In this document: piece by piece, positions 17,296-25,554 of the stretch
Numbering within the stretch: the first letter of the stretch is position 1
Layout: the number at the start of each line of letters is the position of its first letter
Virus record (IMG/VR): IMGVR_UViG_3300010376_000112
Coordinates: 1-27,242 of that record
From: a virus
Taxonomy: Duplodnaviria; Caudoviricetes
DNA: 27,242 nucleotides
Reading direction: 5' to 3' (one strand)
The notes under the pieces: model-generated
What the model was told of the DNA's origin: nothing
The model's database searches: none
What the model saw: only the letters and a program-made list of their open reading frames with translations
Program-made: the position numbers and the translations under genes

Positions 17296-17769
17296 CTAGG
17301 GACTCCAACCTTGCCAATAAACCGGCGCCAGAACTCCAGGAAGCGCGTCGCCCTGGAGATTGGTTCCGCTCCAGCCCGAATCGACCCCGACCTCTGGTGT
17401 CTGACCGCTCACGTCGTCTCCGCGCACGATAACCAACTCACCATTGGCCGCAGCCTGCAATTCTAAGTAAGCCTCGTCCTTATCAGCCCGCCGATCCTGG
17501 GTAATCAATTGCGTTCCCGGCAAATGCGTCAGGAACTTAAACCGGGCAATCGAGATTGCCGCCGCATACAACTCATCCGGAATCGTGCCAGGTGGCCCCA
17601 AGTGTCCTTGGTTACGCTTATTGGCGTTGACTTTGCCACGCACCAGTCCGGTGACGGACTGAACGATAGTTGTCAGGTCAGCCTGCGCGCTAGGCGTCGC
17701 CAGGCCGCTCTGCTCGTCCTCGGTTAAGCTGTTCTGGATATCGGAGACAGATAAGGCAATCCAAGCCAT
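17296..17769 (-). CDS. Head-tail adaptor (Mu gp36/DUF1320-like)
   Basis: IPDELYAAAISIARF...RRADKDEAYLELQAAANG pattern; downstream of the capsid gene. Confidence 0.7.
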   Translation of the reverse strand: MAWIALSVSDIQNSLTEDEQSGLATPSAQADLTTIVQSVTGLVRGKVNANKRNQGHLGPPGTIPDELYAAAISIARFKFLTHLPGTQLITQDRRADKDEAYLELQAAANGELVIVRGDDVSGQTPEVGVDSGWSGTNLQGDALPGVLAPVYWQGWSP

Positions 17770-17922
17770 TTAGTGCCCAGTCCTTTCACGTTCTGCCACA
17801 GGCGGCGGCCCAGGCGCACTCGCCATATTAGCAGCGATTAACCAGAGCAATTCGTTGATCTTGCGCAGTGCCTCAACCGCTTCATCTTCGGGCGCGCTTC
17901 TGAGAATCTCCGGCACATTCAT
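17770..17922 (-). CDS. Hypothetical 50-aa protein MNVPEILRSAPEDEAVEALRKINELLWLIAANMASAPGPPPVAERERTGH
   Basis: Hand translation; exactly fills the gap between neighbours. Confidence 0.65.
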   Translation of the reverse strand: MNVPEILRSAPEDEAVEALRKINELLWLIAANMASAPGPPPVAERERTGH

Positions 17923-17926
17923 ATTT

Positions 17927-18205
17927 TCAAGTTAACCCGAATCGCTTGACCAGTTCTGCAGTCGGATAAGCCAGAATCGCCGCGTAGTTTAAGCCCGGAT
18001 AAGCGCTCAGGTCGGTCGTAAACGCCATCGACGCCTTATCCATCGTCCAGGCGTGATGTTTGAGCACCGCCGGCTTAACCGCTAACGGCTCAACGCTTAC
18101 CCAGTCGTCGCCAGGTAACCCTGTCCCCTCCCATCGCCACCCGCCTAGAGGCGAAAGTTCCCCATAAGACGTACCAGCTACAGTCGGTTTGGGTTCATCA
18201 CTCAT
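17927..18205 (-). CDS. Hypothetical protein (92 aa)
   Basis: ORF directly after the capsid gene. Confidence 0.65.
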   Translation of the reverse strand: MSDEPKPTVAGTSYGELSPLGGWRWEGTGLPGDDWVSVEPLAVKPAVLKHHAWTMDKASMAFTTDLSAYPGLNYAAILAYPTAELVKRFGLT

Positions 18206-18227
18206 TTTTGTGTGGTACTTCGAGTGC

Positions 18228-19112
18228 TTATGTTACCGCAAAACGGATCGCGGTGTTCTGCCCGGTCAGAGCTATGTTCTGGAACCAGCTCAGCTTGTAC
18301 CGATCGCTTGAAGTCTGTTCATGGCGATAACTGCGCACCCTGGTAAAGCGCCCCGCGACGTTCGTGAAAGTTTTCATGAACGTCGTATCGAACTGGCTAG
18401 GGCCATCCTGCCCGAAAAAGATGCAGCAATCGGCGGCAACGACCCCCTCGTACAGTGCGCCCTGGTTCACTTTGCAATCCAATGGAATATTCCACAGAGC
18501 TTTTGTGTTCTCGGGCGTAACTGCCTGAATCAAGACTCCCTGGAACCGACCGCGGACGAGCGGATTATTGATGTATTTAAGCCAGGCGCCGGAATCGAAA
18601 TAAATCCGGTTAGGCAAAATCCCGTAGGTATCGGATATGCTCTTGCAAGCCAAGTTAATATCGTTGACCGGATCATTGGCGGTATTGCTCCAAGCGCCCC
18701 CCGTGCCGATAGCGCTCGCGCTCAAAGTCCGCATCTTGTCAAGCACCAAGTAAAGGTTATTGACCATCGCCGTATTGACCAGGTCACTGATCTTGCGCTG
18801 TTCAAGCACCCCGATATCAACCGGGTGCAGTTCACGTTCCTGGTCGTCAATGCTGGTCTCAAGCGCGTATTCAACATTGACTGCCTGAAGATCGTTCATC
18901 CCAATGGCTAGTTCCCTGGCCGGCCCGCCAATCGCCCGGCGCATATCAAGCCGGTTAAACGCGTTGCCTTTAAGGTAATCGTGATAATGATAAATCCCGC
19001 CGCCGACGACGACTTCCGGCGCCATGAAAGCTCCGATCTGGTGTTGAGCTTCCCAGTCAGCAACAACGCCCTGGCTGAAGGTTAAAAGTTGGACATGATC
19101 TTTTGCTGCCAT
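18228..19112 (-). CDS. Major capsid protein
   Basis: 294 aa; follows protease and decoration genes; WSNTANDPVNDI...GILPNRI motif typical of gpE-like HK97-fold capsids. Confidence 0.85.
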   Translation of the reverse strand: MAAKDHVQLLTFSQGVVADWEAQHQIGAFMAPEVVVGGGIYHYHDYLKGNAFNRLDMRRAIGGPARELAIGMNDLQAVNVEYALETSIDDQERELHPVDIGVLEQRKISDLVNTAMVNNLYLVLDKMRTLSASAIGTGGAWSNTANDPVNDINLACKSISDTYGILPNRIYFDSGAWLKYINNPLVRGRFQGVLIQAVTPENTKALWNIPLDCKVNQGALYEGVVAADCCIFFGQDGPSQFDTTFMKTFTNVAGRFTRVRSYRHEQTSSDRYKLSWFQNIALTGQNTAIRFAVT

Positions 19113-19128
19113 AAAATTTGCCTTTTCC

Positions 19129-19539
19129 TTATGCCGTTATGAAAGCCATCTCCACCAACCCGTAAGCGTCCACGCTTTTGTCCACAATCCAGCCGATCTT
19201 GGTAGCTCCAAGCCCGGTTCCGACCACGTTAGTGAAACTGCCGTCTAAAGCCGTGCTGTTGTAATAAACCGGGTCGCCTATCGCAAAGGTCACCGCGCCT
19301 GAAGGCTTAATTTGCACCGTAAACCCGCCGCGACCCGCCGCTACGCTCACGTAGAGCATGTCGGTGTCCGCGTCCATTGTTGCTATGCCGTACACGTTCT
19401 CAGTCGTTGCACCAGGCACACGCGCGAGTTTGGTTCCACTGTCAATAAAGACGCCCATCCCGCGCAGAAGCGTCGAATTATTGGGCACCGAGATCTGCAC
19501 GACCGCCGGATGCCTGGTTATTGTTCCTATTGTTGACAT
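19129..19539 (-). CDS. Capsid decoration/cement protein
   Basis: Lies between protease and MCP; FAIGDPVYY...TKIG motif. Confidence 0.7.
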   Translation of the reverse strand: MSTIGTITRHPAVVQISVPNNSTLLRGMGVFIDSGTKLARVPGATTENVYGIATMDADTDMLYVSVAAGRGGFTVQIKPSGAVTFAIGDPVYYNSTALDGSFTNVVGTGLGATKIGWIVDKSVDAYGLVEMAFITA

Positions 19540-19582
19540 TTTCTGGAGTGTTTCTTTGAGTGTTGCTATTTCTTTTTAGAGT

Positions 19583-20890
19583 CTAAAGTTCCGCCGGAAA
19601 TAGATCCGGTCGCTCTTCCTTGGCCCTATTAAACGCCTGGGCATGCGTAATCCCCTGGCTAGCTGCGATCTCGTTTACTGCTCGCTTTTGCCGTTCAACC
19701 AAGTCGCCCATCTGCCGGCTGATCCCGGCTTTGGAGTCGCCCACCTTAACGTCGATCAACGGTTTTAAGGCTGCGTTCGCCGGCAAGCTGGCCAGCACTT
19801 CCTTGACCGTTACCGGGTCAGCAATAAGTTGGTTTTTCCAGTAGCTGATCAGCTTCGCGTCCTTGCCCGGAATACGCCCATCGGCAATTGCCGCCTCAAT
19901 CACCTGGTCGGCTTCTCGGGTTTTAATCCGTTCGGCCTCAGCTTTAAGTAGCCCGTTCTCGTTACGCAACGCGGCGTTAGCAGCCCGCGCGCCCGCCAGT
20001 TCGGTATGTATCGCCATAACAGCCTGGACGACCGCCTCGGGATCTGAAGCTTGTTCAGCCGTTATCAGCTTAAATTCCGTTAACTTGTCACTTAACTTTG
20101 TCATAAGGTAATCGTCAGGATCGGGTTCATCATCCGGATCGGTGGCACTGGCTGCGATCCGTTCAATTTGTTCAAACGCCGGGTTGTTGGTGAGCGAACC
20201 GATCTCGCCTCTGGTAGTCAGGCCAGCTACCCGGTCCTTGTTAAGGAGAAAAGTCGGGCTAAAATAGGAGTAATCCCGCCCTTCGATTGCTTCCTTGCCG
20301 GCACGAGTCCAATCGACGTTGAGGATTACCCCTTTGCTCTCATCCCAAAGGAACCCCTTCGGGATAAAACTCGCCTTGCCAGGCTTATGATCGAACCCGC
20401 CAGTCGGTCGCACTGGAGCCGCCAGGCGACGCTCAAAATCGTTCTGGAGCGTTGCCGCTGTCGTCTCGTCAACCGTTACAACGACTTCCTTTGGCTGGCC
20501 ATCGACACGCGGTGTAATCGTCCACTCACCCTTTGGCATATAGACGATGTTCTCGGGGGCCGCGCCATCAAAGGTAGTCGTCGCACTGGCACTCACTACC
20601 AAGCTTGACTCGGCCTTGTCGCCGTCGTCCGCGCTCGGCGGCCCGTCCTTATCGATCTTGCGTTTCCAGGCCGCTACGATCTTGCGCTTGATCGAATCTG
20701 CGTCATCTGCGCTATACTTAGCCGCGTTAGCCCGTTTATTAATGTAATTCCAAGCCGCCCGAATATGGGCTTCTGTATCAATCGGATATTTCTTGTTCTT
20801 CTCGTCGGCGAAATCTACGTCGCCGTATTTGCCTTTACCCTCCTCAGGCGACACATCCTCGCGCTTCTCAATAGCTTCAATTGTGTTCAT
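19583..20890 (-). CDS. Mu gpI-like prohead protease/scaffold with an extra N-terminal domain (start ATG 20890)
   Basis: FDH, VDWTRAGKEAIEGRDYSYFSPTF, LTNNPAF and IEAAIADGRI motifs; N-terminal KKYPIDTEAHIRAAWNYIN domain; ATGA overlap with the portal stop. Confidence 0.9.
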   Translation of the reverse strand: MNTIEAIEKREDVSPEEGKGKYGDVDFADEKNKKYPIDTEAHIRAAWNYINKRANAAKYSADDADSIKRKIVAAWKRKIDKDGPPSADDGDKAESSLVVSASATTTFDGAAPENIVYMPKGEWTITPRVDGQPKEVVVTVDETTAATLQNDFERRLAAPVRPTGGFDHKPGKASFIPKGFLWDESKGVILNVDWTRAGKEAIEGRDYSYFSPTFLLNKDRVAGLTTRGEIGSLTNNPAFEQIERIAASATDPDDEPDPDDYLMTKLSDKLTEFKLITAEQASDPEAVVQAVMAIHTELAGARAANAALRNENGLLKAEAERIKTREADQVIEAAIADGRIPGKDAKLISYWKNQLIADPVTVKEVLASLPANAALKPLIDVKVGDSKAGISRQMGDLVERQKRAVNEIAASQGITHAQAFNRAKEERPDLFPAEL

Positions 20891-22791
20891 TGAAATACTG
20901 GTTTGATTCTCTTCGGGCGCACCTTCCGCCCCACTGTCCGCACCCGCACCACCGGCTTGCCAGGTGCCGCCTTCAGCCGTAAGACCGGTTTGACATTGGA
21001 TCTGCAGTTCCACCGAATCGGCGGGAACCCAGGCCAATCGGTCCCGTGCCCCACCGGCTCAAAATCCGGGTAACTCCAGCGTTTACCGTTCAAGTCCCGG
21101 CATTCCTCGGTGGTCCGCTCATCCATTACGCTCCTCCAATCCACGCCCCGGATCAGCGCAGCATGCTGCTTGAAATAGCCCTCGGTCGCCAACGCTTGCG
21201 CCTCCTCTACCGGTCCCCGGTCTATCGCAGGCTTTTTTTTTACGCGAACGCCCTCGCGCTTAGCCTCGATAGAGCTAGCACTGGCCGGCAGAAACTCGCT
21301 CGTCTCAGGCTCAATCTTACCGCCGGCCTCGCGCAAAAGATCGCCGCCGCCCTCACCGGCCGGCATTTCATTGCCTGTCTCATCCTCCTCCGGCTCAGAC
21401 GACGGCGGTTGTGCTGCTAGTTGCCCACCAAGTGGATCGTATAAATCCGCGTCCGGATCGGGCTGGGTAAACTCTAAGCGCCGATAAAGCTCTTCCTTGG
21501 TCACCGGAATCTTCATCCCGTTCTGGCCGGCGCCGAACAGAATCGAGAACGCGTTCGCCATCTGCACCAAATCGATATTGCTCTCAACCACCGGCTCAAG
21601 GCTCGGCAACTCGTCCGTGTTCCCGTAATTGAACGCAACAATGCCAGGTACAAGATCAGAGTTGATCACCCGGCTCACATAATAAGCCGCCGCCTCGGTC
21701 TTTTCTTCCCAGACGCTCTTGTGCACCGTGCCAAGCGCTCTCGAGCCGCTCTGATGCACTTCAGTCGTGAGCGTCTGTCCCAGCATCACAATGTCGCACA
21801 TCTTATCAGCTAGCTCGACCAGTCGCTCCTGCGGGTTAGCCGCATTGGCGCCACTCGCGGTCTGAAACTCGACCAGGGTGCCTTTGGGGTACACGCCCCA
21901 GGTCGCGCTCGCGCTAGCACGCATCATAGCGACCAGTTCCGCATACACCTTGTCGTCTCCGGGCTCGTAATAAGCCGTCCGTTGCGGTATCCCGCAGATC
22001 TGCGCATAAGTCATGAGCCATTCAAGGCCGAACTGCGACCCGACCCACCAGCCGGTCAGGCTGCGCATAGGTGCGGTAAACACCGCAAAATTGGCGTGAC
22101 TGCGGAAAATGCCTTGCAAAAACTGATACGGCGGAAAATCGATCAATTGCGTGCTCCCAAGCAGCCCGCTCGGGTTAAGCATCAACCGGTCAATAGCGTG
22201 CATCTCGTATGGGTACCGATAGTACCGAGCCGGAATCCACTTGGTGTACTTTGGAACGATTCCAAGACTTGGCTGGTTTTCCCAGTAGACTTCCAGAATC
22301 GTGCAGCCGCTCACCAGGCTATCGACCAGGTCTTCCAGGGTCTCCTTAAAATCGTGGAAACCCCACGCCCGCAGCGATTCCATCCCGAAAAGGGCTTCCT
22401 CGACAAAATTGGCTTTATCGATCGCTTCGGGAGTCGGTTTCTCACCCTTGCGCGCGTAAGGTTTAACCACGTACTCGAATCCGCGCACGGCCGCCTTGAC
22501 CTTGCCCAGGTTAGTCGATAACCGCGGCCAGGTATCAACCATGTTACTGAAGAGTTGATCCTGCCAGTACAGGTCGCCCGTCTGCGCCATCTGCAAAATG
22601 CCCATGACCTCGGCGGGAAACAGCCGGCGCTTAAGCTCGCGGAAAAGCCGGTCTTTGACCTCAACATCGACCTGGATACCGCTTAAGGGTTTGAGCCGGT
22701 CACCGTTCTGGCCGTTCAACGGAGACCGTGCCGGCGCTTCGGGCGGTTCGCGCTCAGCGGTCTGGCTACCGACAAAATCCTCGTTGGCCAT
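20887..22791 (-). CDS. Portal protein (Mu gp29/DUF935-like) with C-terminal MuF-like domain
   Basis: LGQTLTTE...GSRALGTVH, G.P.RTAYY and INSDLV motifs; C-terminal WRSVMDERTTEECRDLNGK...PPIRWNCRS. Confidence 0.9.
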   Translation of the reverse strand: MANEDFVGSQTAEREPPEAPARSPLNGQNGDRLKPLSGIQVDVEVKDRLFRELKRRLFPAEVMGILQMAQTGDLYWQDQLFSNMVDTWPRLSTNLGKVKAAVRGFEYVVKPYARKGEKPTPEAIDKANFVEEALFGMESLRAWGFHDFKETLEDLVDSLVSGCTILEVYWENQPSLGIVPKYTKWIPARYYRYPYEMHAIDRLMLNPSGLLGSTQLIDFPPYQFLQGIFRSHANFAVFTAPMRSLTGWWVGSQFGLEWLMTYAQICGIPQRTAYYEPGDDKVYAELVAMMRASASATWGVYPKGTLVEFQTASGANAANPQERLVELADKMCDIVMLGQTLTTEVHQSGSRALGTVHKSVWEEKTEAAAYYVSRVINSDLVPGIVAFNYGNTDELPSLEPVVESNIDLVQMANAFSILFGAGQNGMKIPVTKEELYRRLEFTQPDPDADLYDPLGGQLAAQPPSSEPEEDETGNEMPAGEGGGDLLREAGGKIEPETSEFLPASASSIEAKREGVRVKKKPAIDRGPVEEAQALATEGYFKQHAALIRGVDWRSVMDERTTEECRDLNGKRWSYPDFEPVGHGTDWPGFPPIRWNCRSNVKPVLRLKAAPGKPVVRVRTVGRKVRPKRIKPVFQ

Positions 22792-22910
22792 TGGCTTCGA
22801 AAGAGTCGTTATAGCAATTATGGCTCTTTGAAACTTGCGACCTTAGGTGACAAAATGGCGCTGCACAAGAAAAAAGTACTCAGTACCAACGAATTAGTGT
22901 CAGATTGACG

Positions 22911-23063
22911 CTACCACGAACCAGCAGGAGGACGCTGGCGATAGCCTTTTCTTTTCCGGTTCTTTAGAGCCCAGATATGAATCCCGCACAAACGGGCTAA
23001 GGATTCGAACTCCGTTTGTTCCTGCTCAGTTCGAACCTTCTTGCGATTGTAACGTCGCTTCAT
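22911..23063 (-). CDS. Possible 50-aa basic protein MKRRYNRKKVRTEQEQTEFESLARLCGIHIWALKNRKRKGYRQRPPAGSW
   Basis: Hand translation; only sizeable same-strand ATG ORF I found in the terL-portal gap. Confidence 0.45.
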   Translation of the reverse strand: MKRRYNRKKVRTEQEQTEFESLARLCGIHIWALKNRKRKGYRQRPPAGSW

Positions 23064-23203
23064 TGTTTTTCAGCGTGGAACATTTTAGCACTCAGTGCCA
23101 ACCGAACCCTTTCGCAAGTTGCCGAACATCGCGTAGAATTACCCTCTGAAAGGAGGTTAGCGGATATAGGCTAAAAAGAGAGAAAGGTTGTTTTTCCTTT
23201 AAA

Positions 23204-23245
23204 ACAAATCCGGGGCTCGGGCTCGGATCAGGGTTCCGGATTTGT
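23204..23245. terminator. Stem-loop directly after the 61-aa ORF stop; possible terminator or processing site
   Basis: ACAAATCCGG (23204-23213) and CCGGATTTGT (23236-23245) form a perfect 10-bp inverted repeat; the minus strand continues with a T-rich run. Confidence 0.5.
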
Positions 23246-23430
23246 CACCCTGCCGCCTTTCGCAGTTCGGCGATCAAGGCTATATCCTCCTTTGAGGTCC
23301 ATTCATCATCGCCGCACCAACCCTCCAGCGCATTCGCCGCTCGCAGGCATAGTTCGAGCAGTTCCTTATACTCAGCCACCGGGATAAGCGCCATTTTCTG
23401 CTCCCCAAGTTCGTTCTTCGGTTTAGTCAT
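23245..23430 (-). CDS. Hypothetical 61-aa protein (start MTKPKNE at 23430)
   Basis: TAATG overlap with the terL stop. Confidence 0.65.
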   Translation of the reverse strand: MTKPKNELGEQKMALIPVAEYKELLELCLRAANALEGWCGDDEWTSKEDIALIAELRKAAG

Positions 23431-24848
23431 TACCAGCGCACGCTTGCGCCCTCCTCTTCCTCGCCAAAGCTCACCGTTTCCCGGACCGGCATCAGCCGAT
23501 CCTTGGGCAAATAGATGCCTTTGAGCGTATCCCGCGTCACCGCACCCCAGCCACGGCAATACAACGCCCCAAACACCGCGTCCGCGCGGTCCGGACTCTT
23601 TAACCCGCGTGCCGCCATCTTGTCCTTCGACTCAGCCGCAAGCCGCATCTTGCCATCATAATCCCGACGTCTCGAGGTCGCTTGGCGAAAGAACACCTGG
23701 TCATTGGGCAAAATCACTTCCTTCTTAATGATACGCCTGGCTACACTGAACCAGATCTCGCTTCCCTTGTTGCAGTAGTGCTCTTCGTCTCGGGCCACTT
23801 CTCCATTATTAACCGCTCGCAACCGCCAGCCCATCTCGGCCAGGTACCCGATCATCACAATCCCCAAGCCGCCTTCGTCACCGTAGATCTCAGCCGGCAC
23901 AAGCTTGAGCCGCCCGAACTCGGCAATAAAATCTTTGCAAGCCCGGATCGGATCGGTATCGCGCCAGCACCGGACAAGCTCAACCCGGTTACCGTCCGCG
24001 ACCGCAATCACATTCTCATCGCCGCCGGCTGCAAAATCACAGAATGCAACACGGCTACCGGGCTCGTGCTTGATATCAGTGTCCAGGCAACTCCGCAATG
24101 ATCCCTGACTGATAATAGCTGCGGGACCGTCCTCATCCATAAACTCGCTGAAATGCATGGATCGGAACGTGGGGTCATCAACAGGATAAATCTGTAGGTC
24201 TCGGTCATACTTTTCTTTTAGGTGCGGGCATTCTTCGCTTTTCACCCGACGCGTGAAATATTGGCTATTGAGCCCGTGGAAACATTCAAAGAACCGGCCA
24301 AAGGGACCGCCGGTGCTCGAGCACATCAGCCGATACTGCGCCGTACACCGGTCACTGGCAATGAACACACCGTCATCGACGCTCTTGGCCTCGTCGATCA
24401 CGTAGAAGCAGGGGGCATCAACCGTGCCGTGGTAACCTTCAGCCCGCCGTTCGTCGTTGACACTGAACAAAAAAATCCGGCCGCCCTCGGGCGTCTCCAC
24501 ATGCATGCTCAACCAGTTCCATTGCGGAAACTTGCCCCGGTGCTCGAGCAGGTTGGGCCAAAGCTGGTTCTCAAGCTGGGTCCAAGAACCGCTAGTGACC
24601 GGGATAACAGCCTTCGGGAAATAATAGAGTAACCACAGGATCGCCGGCGCCACGATGAACTTGGTCTTACCGGCGCCGTTGGCAGCCGCCAGCGCAGTCG
24701 GCAACCCCTGGCCGATCGCCTCAAGAACGATGGCTTGCCATGGGTACAGCGTTAGCCCGAGATACTGGACCGCGAAGGACCAGATTGGGATTACGTCATT
24801 GGGATAAGCGAAGTCTGGATCAAGCTGACACTTTGCTAACTTTTCCAT
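23430..24848 (-). CDS. terL: Terminase large subunit
   Basis: LYPWQ, Walker A AANGAGKT, Walker B YVIDEA, coupling motif SST, nuclease motifs CDFAAGGDENV and SPDRADA. Confidence 0.95.
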   Translation of the reverse strand: MEKLAKCQLDPDFAYPNDVIPIWSFAVQYLGLTLYPWQAIVLEAIGQGLPTALAAANGAGKTKFIVAPAILWLLYYFPKAVIPVTSGSWTQLENQLWPNLLEHRGKFPQWNWLSMHVETPEGGRIFLFSVNDERRAEGYHGTVDAPCFYVIDEAKSVDDGVFIASDRCTAQYRLMCSSTGGPFGRFFECFHGLNSQYFTRRVKSEECPHLKEKYDRDLQIYPVDDPTFRSMHFSEFMDEDGPAAIISQGSLRSCLDTDIKHEPGSRVAFCDFAAGGDENVIAVADGNRVELVRCWRDTDPIRACKDFIAEFGRLKLVPAEIYGDEGGLGIVMIGYLAEMGWRLRAVNNGEVARDEEHYCNKGSEIWFSVARRIIKKEVILPNDQVFFRQATSRRRDYDGKMRLAAESKDKMAARGLKSPDRADAVFGALYCRGWGAVTRDTLKGIYLPKDRLMPVRETVSFGEEEEGASVRW

Positions 24849-25146
24849 TCTCTAAACCGTCAAGCCATTCCAAAACCTTAGCTTTGTGAAAGTTCCACAT
24901 CGCACCCTTAACTCCAAGCTGACTTTTAAAGGCGCCTTTGATCAACCTAAGGCGACAGAGGCGGCTGATCTTATCGTGCGACCAGCCTGTATGCGCTATC
25001 ATCCAATCCATCTTGCCAATCCCATTGCTGTCAGCATACGTAAGCCCAACCATTTTCTTAGGTTGTCCACGTGAACGCTTAATGGGTTGACACAAATGAA
25101 CGGCCCAAGCTAATTCTTCTTCCGGCGTTAATTCAATAAATTGCAC
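24820..25146 (-). CDS. Winged-helix (MerR/excisionase-like) DNA-binding protein
   Basis: MIAHTGWSHDKISRLCRLRLIKGAFK...WNFHKAKVLEWL pattern; AT-richer codons than terL. Confidence 0.65.
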   Translation of the reverse strand: MQFIELTPEEELAWAVHLCQPIKRSRGQPKKMVGLTYADSNGIGKMDWMIAHTGWSHDKISRLCRLRLIKGAFKSQLGVKGAMWNFHKAKVLEWLDGLENGKVSKVSA

Positions 25147-25217
25147 GTCGCAAAGCTCCAGATCGGCACCACGTCGCGCGGATACTCGTAATCGGGATTA
25201 AGGTGGCAATCAATCAT
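25128..25217 (-). pseudogene. Stranded duplicate of the terL 5' end (MIDCHLNPDYEYPRDVVPIWSFA-TCNLLN*)
   Basis: 14 of 20 aa identical to TerL CQLDPDFAYPNDVIPIWSFA. Confidence 0.85.
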
Positions 25218-25381
25218 TTGCGCTCGGCTCCTGTTTTGGTGTCCAGCGTAGTTCTTCAGGATCAAAAGTGGTCAACTTTTTGAAGCATCTTGTGCAGAGC
25301 CATCGATAAGTGCGCCCGCCGTCTGTAGTGAACTCGATACAGGACCAGGTTAGATTTTTTACACTTATCGCATTCACTCAT
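25210..25381 (-). pseudogene. Frameshifted small zinc-finger-like gene (CDKC...CTRC)
   Basis: MSECDKCK in one frame and TDGGRTYRWLCTRCFKKL...EPSAND* in the +1 frame; A6 run at 25355-25360. Confidence 0.5.
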
Positions 25382-25390
25382 TTGCGCTCG
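25214..25390. repeat. 13-bp perfect direct repeat TCATTTGCGCTCG (25214-25226 and 25378-25390)
   Basis: Minus strand reads CGAGCGCAAATGA; each copy contains a start ATG. Confidence 0.9.
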
Positions 25391-25554
25391 TCGCCCAGGT
25401 CGCTCGAAGCAAAGCTGCCAGTCTGCGGCGCCTCGTGTTCCTTGACTTGTTCGACCATTGCCGTGGTCTTGATCTGGCGCGCTTCCATCCTCTTCACGGT
25501 AGCCAGGACGTCGGATAACCAGTCAAAGAGTAGTCTCTTTTCGTTCTCGGTCAT
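25378..25554 (-). CDS. Hypothetical 58-aa protein MTENEKRLLFDWLSDVLATVKRMEARQIK...DERK
   Basis: Hand translation; ATGA overlaps at both ends. Confidence 0.7.
   Translation of the reverse strand: MTENEKRLLFDWLSDVLATVKRMEARQIKTTAMVEQVKEHEAPQTGSFASSDLGDERK

Noticed and set aside
20891-21037. Extended N-terminus of the protease ORF (also the long starts at 3191, 11900, 23559 and 26212)
   Set aside because: They overlap neighbouring genes extensively; internal starts coupled to upstream stops are more plausible
24771-25148. Insert in terL as a self-splicing intron or intein
   Set aside because: No recognisable group I/II core or intein motifs, stops in the terL frame, and the duplicated N-terminus makes splicing unnecessary
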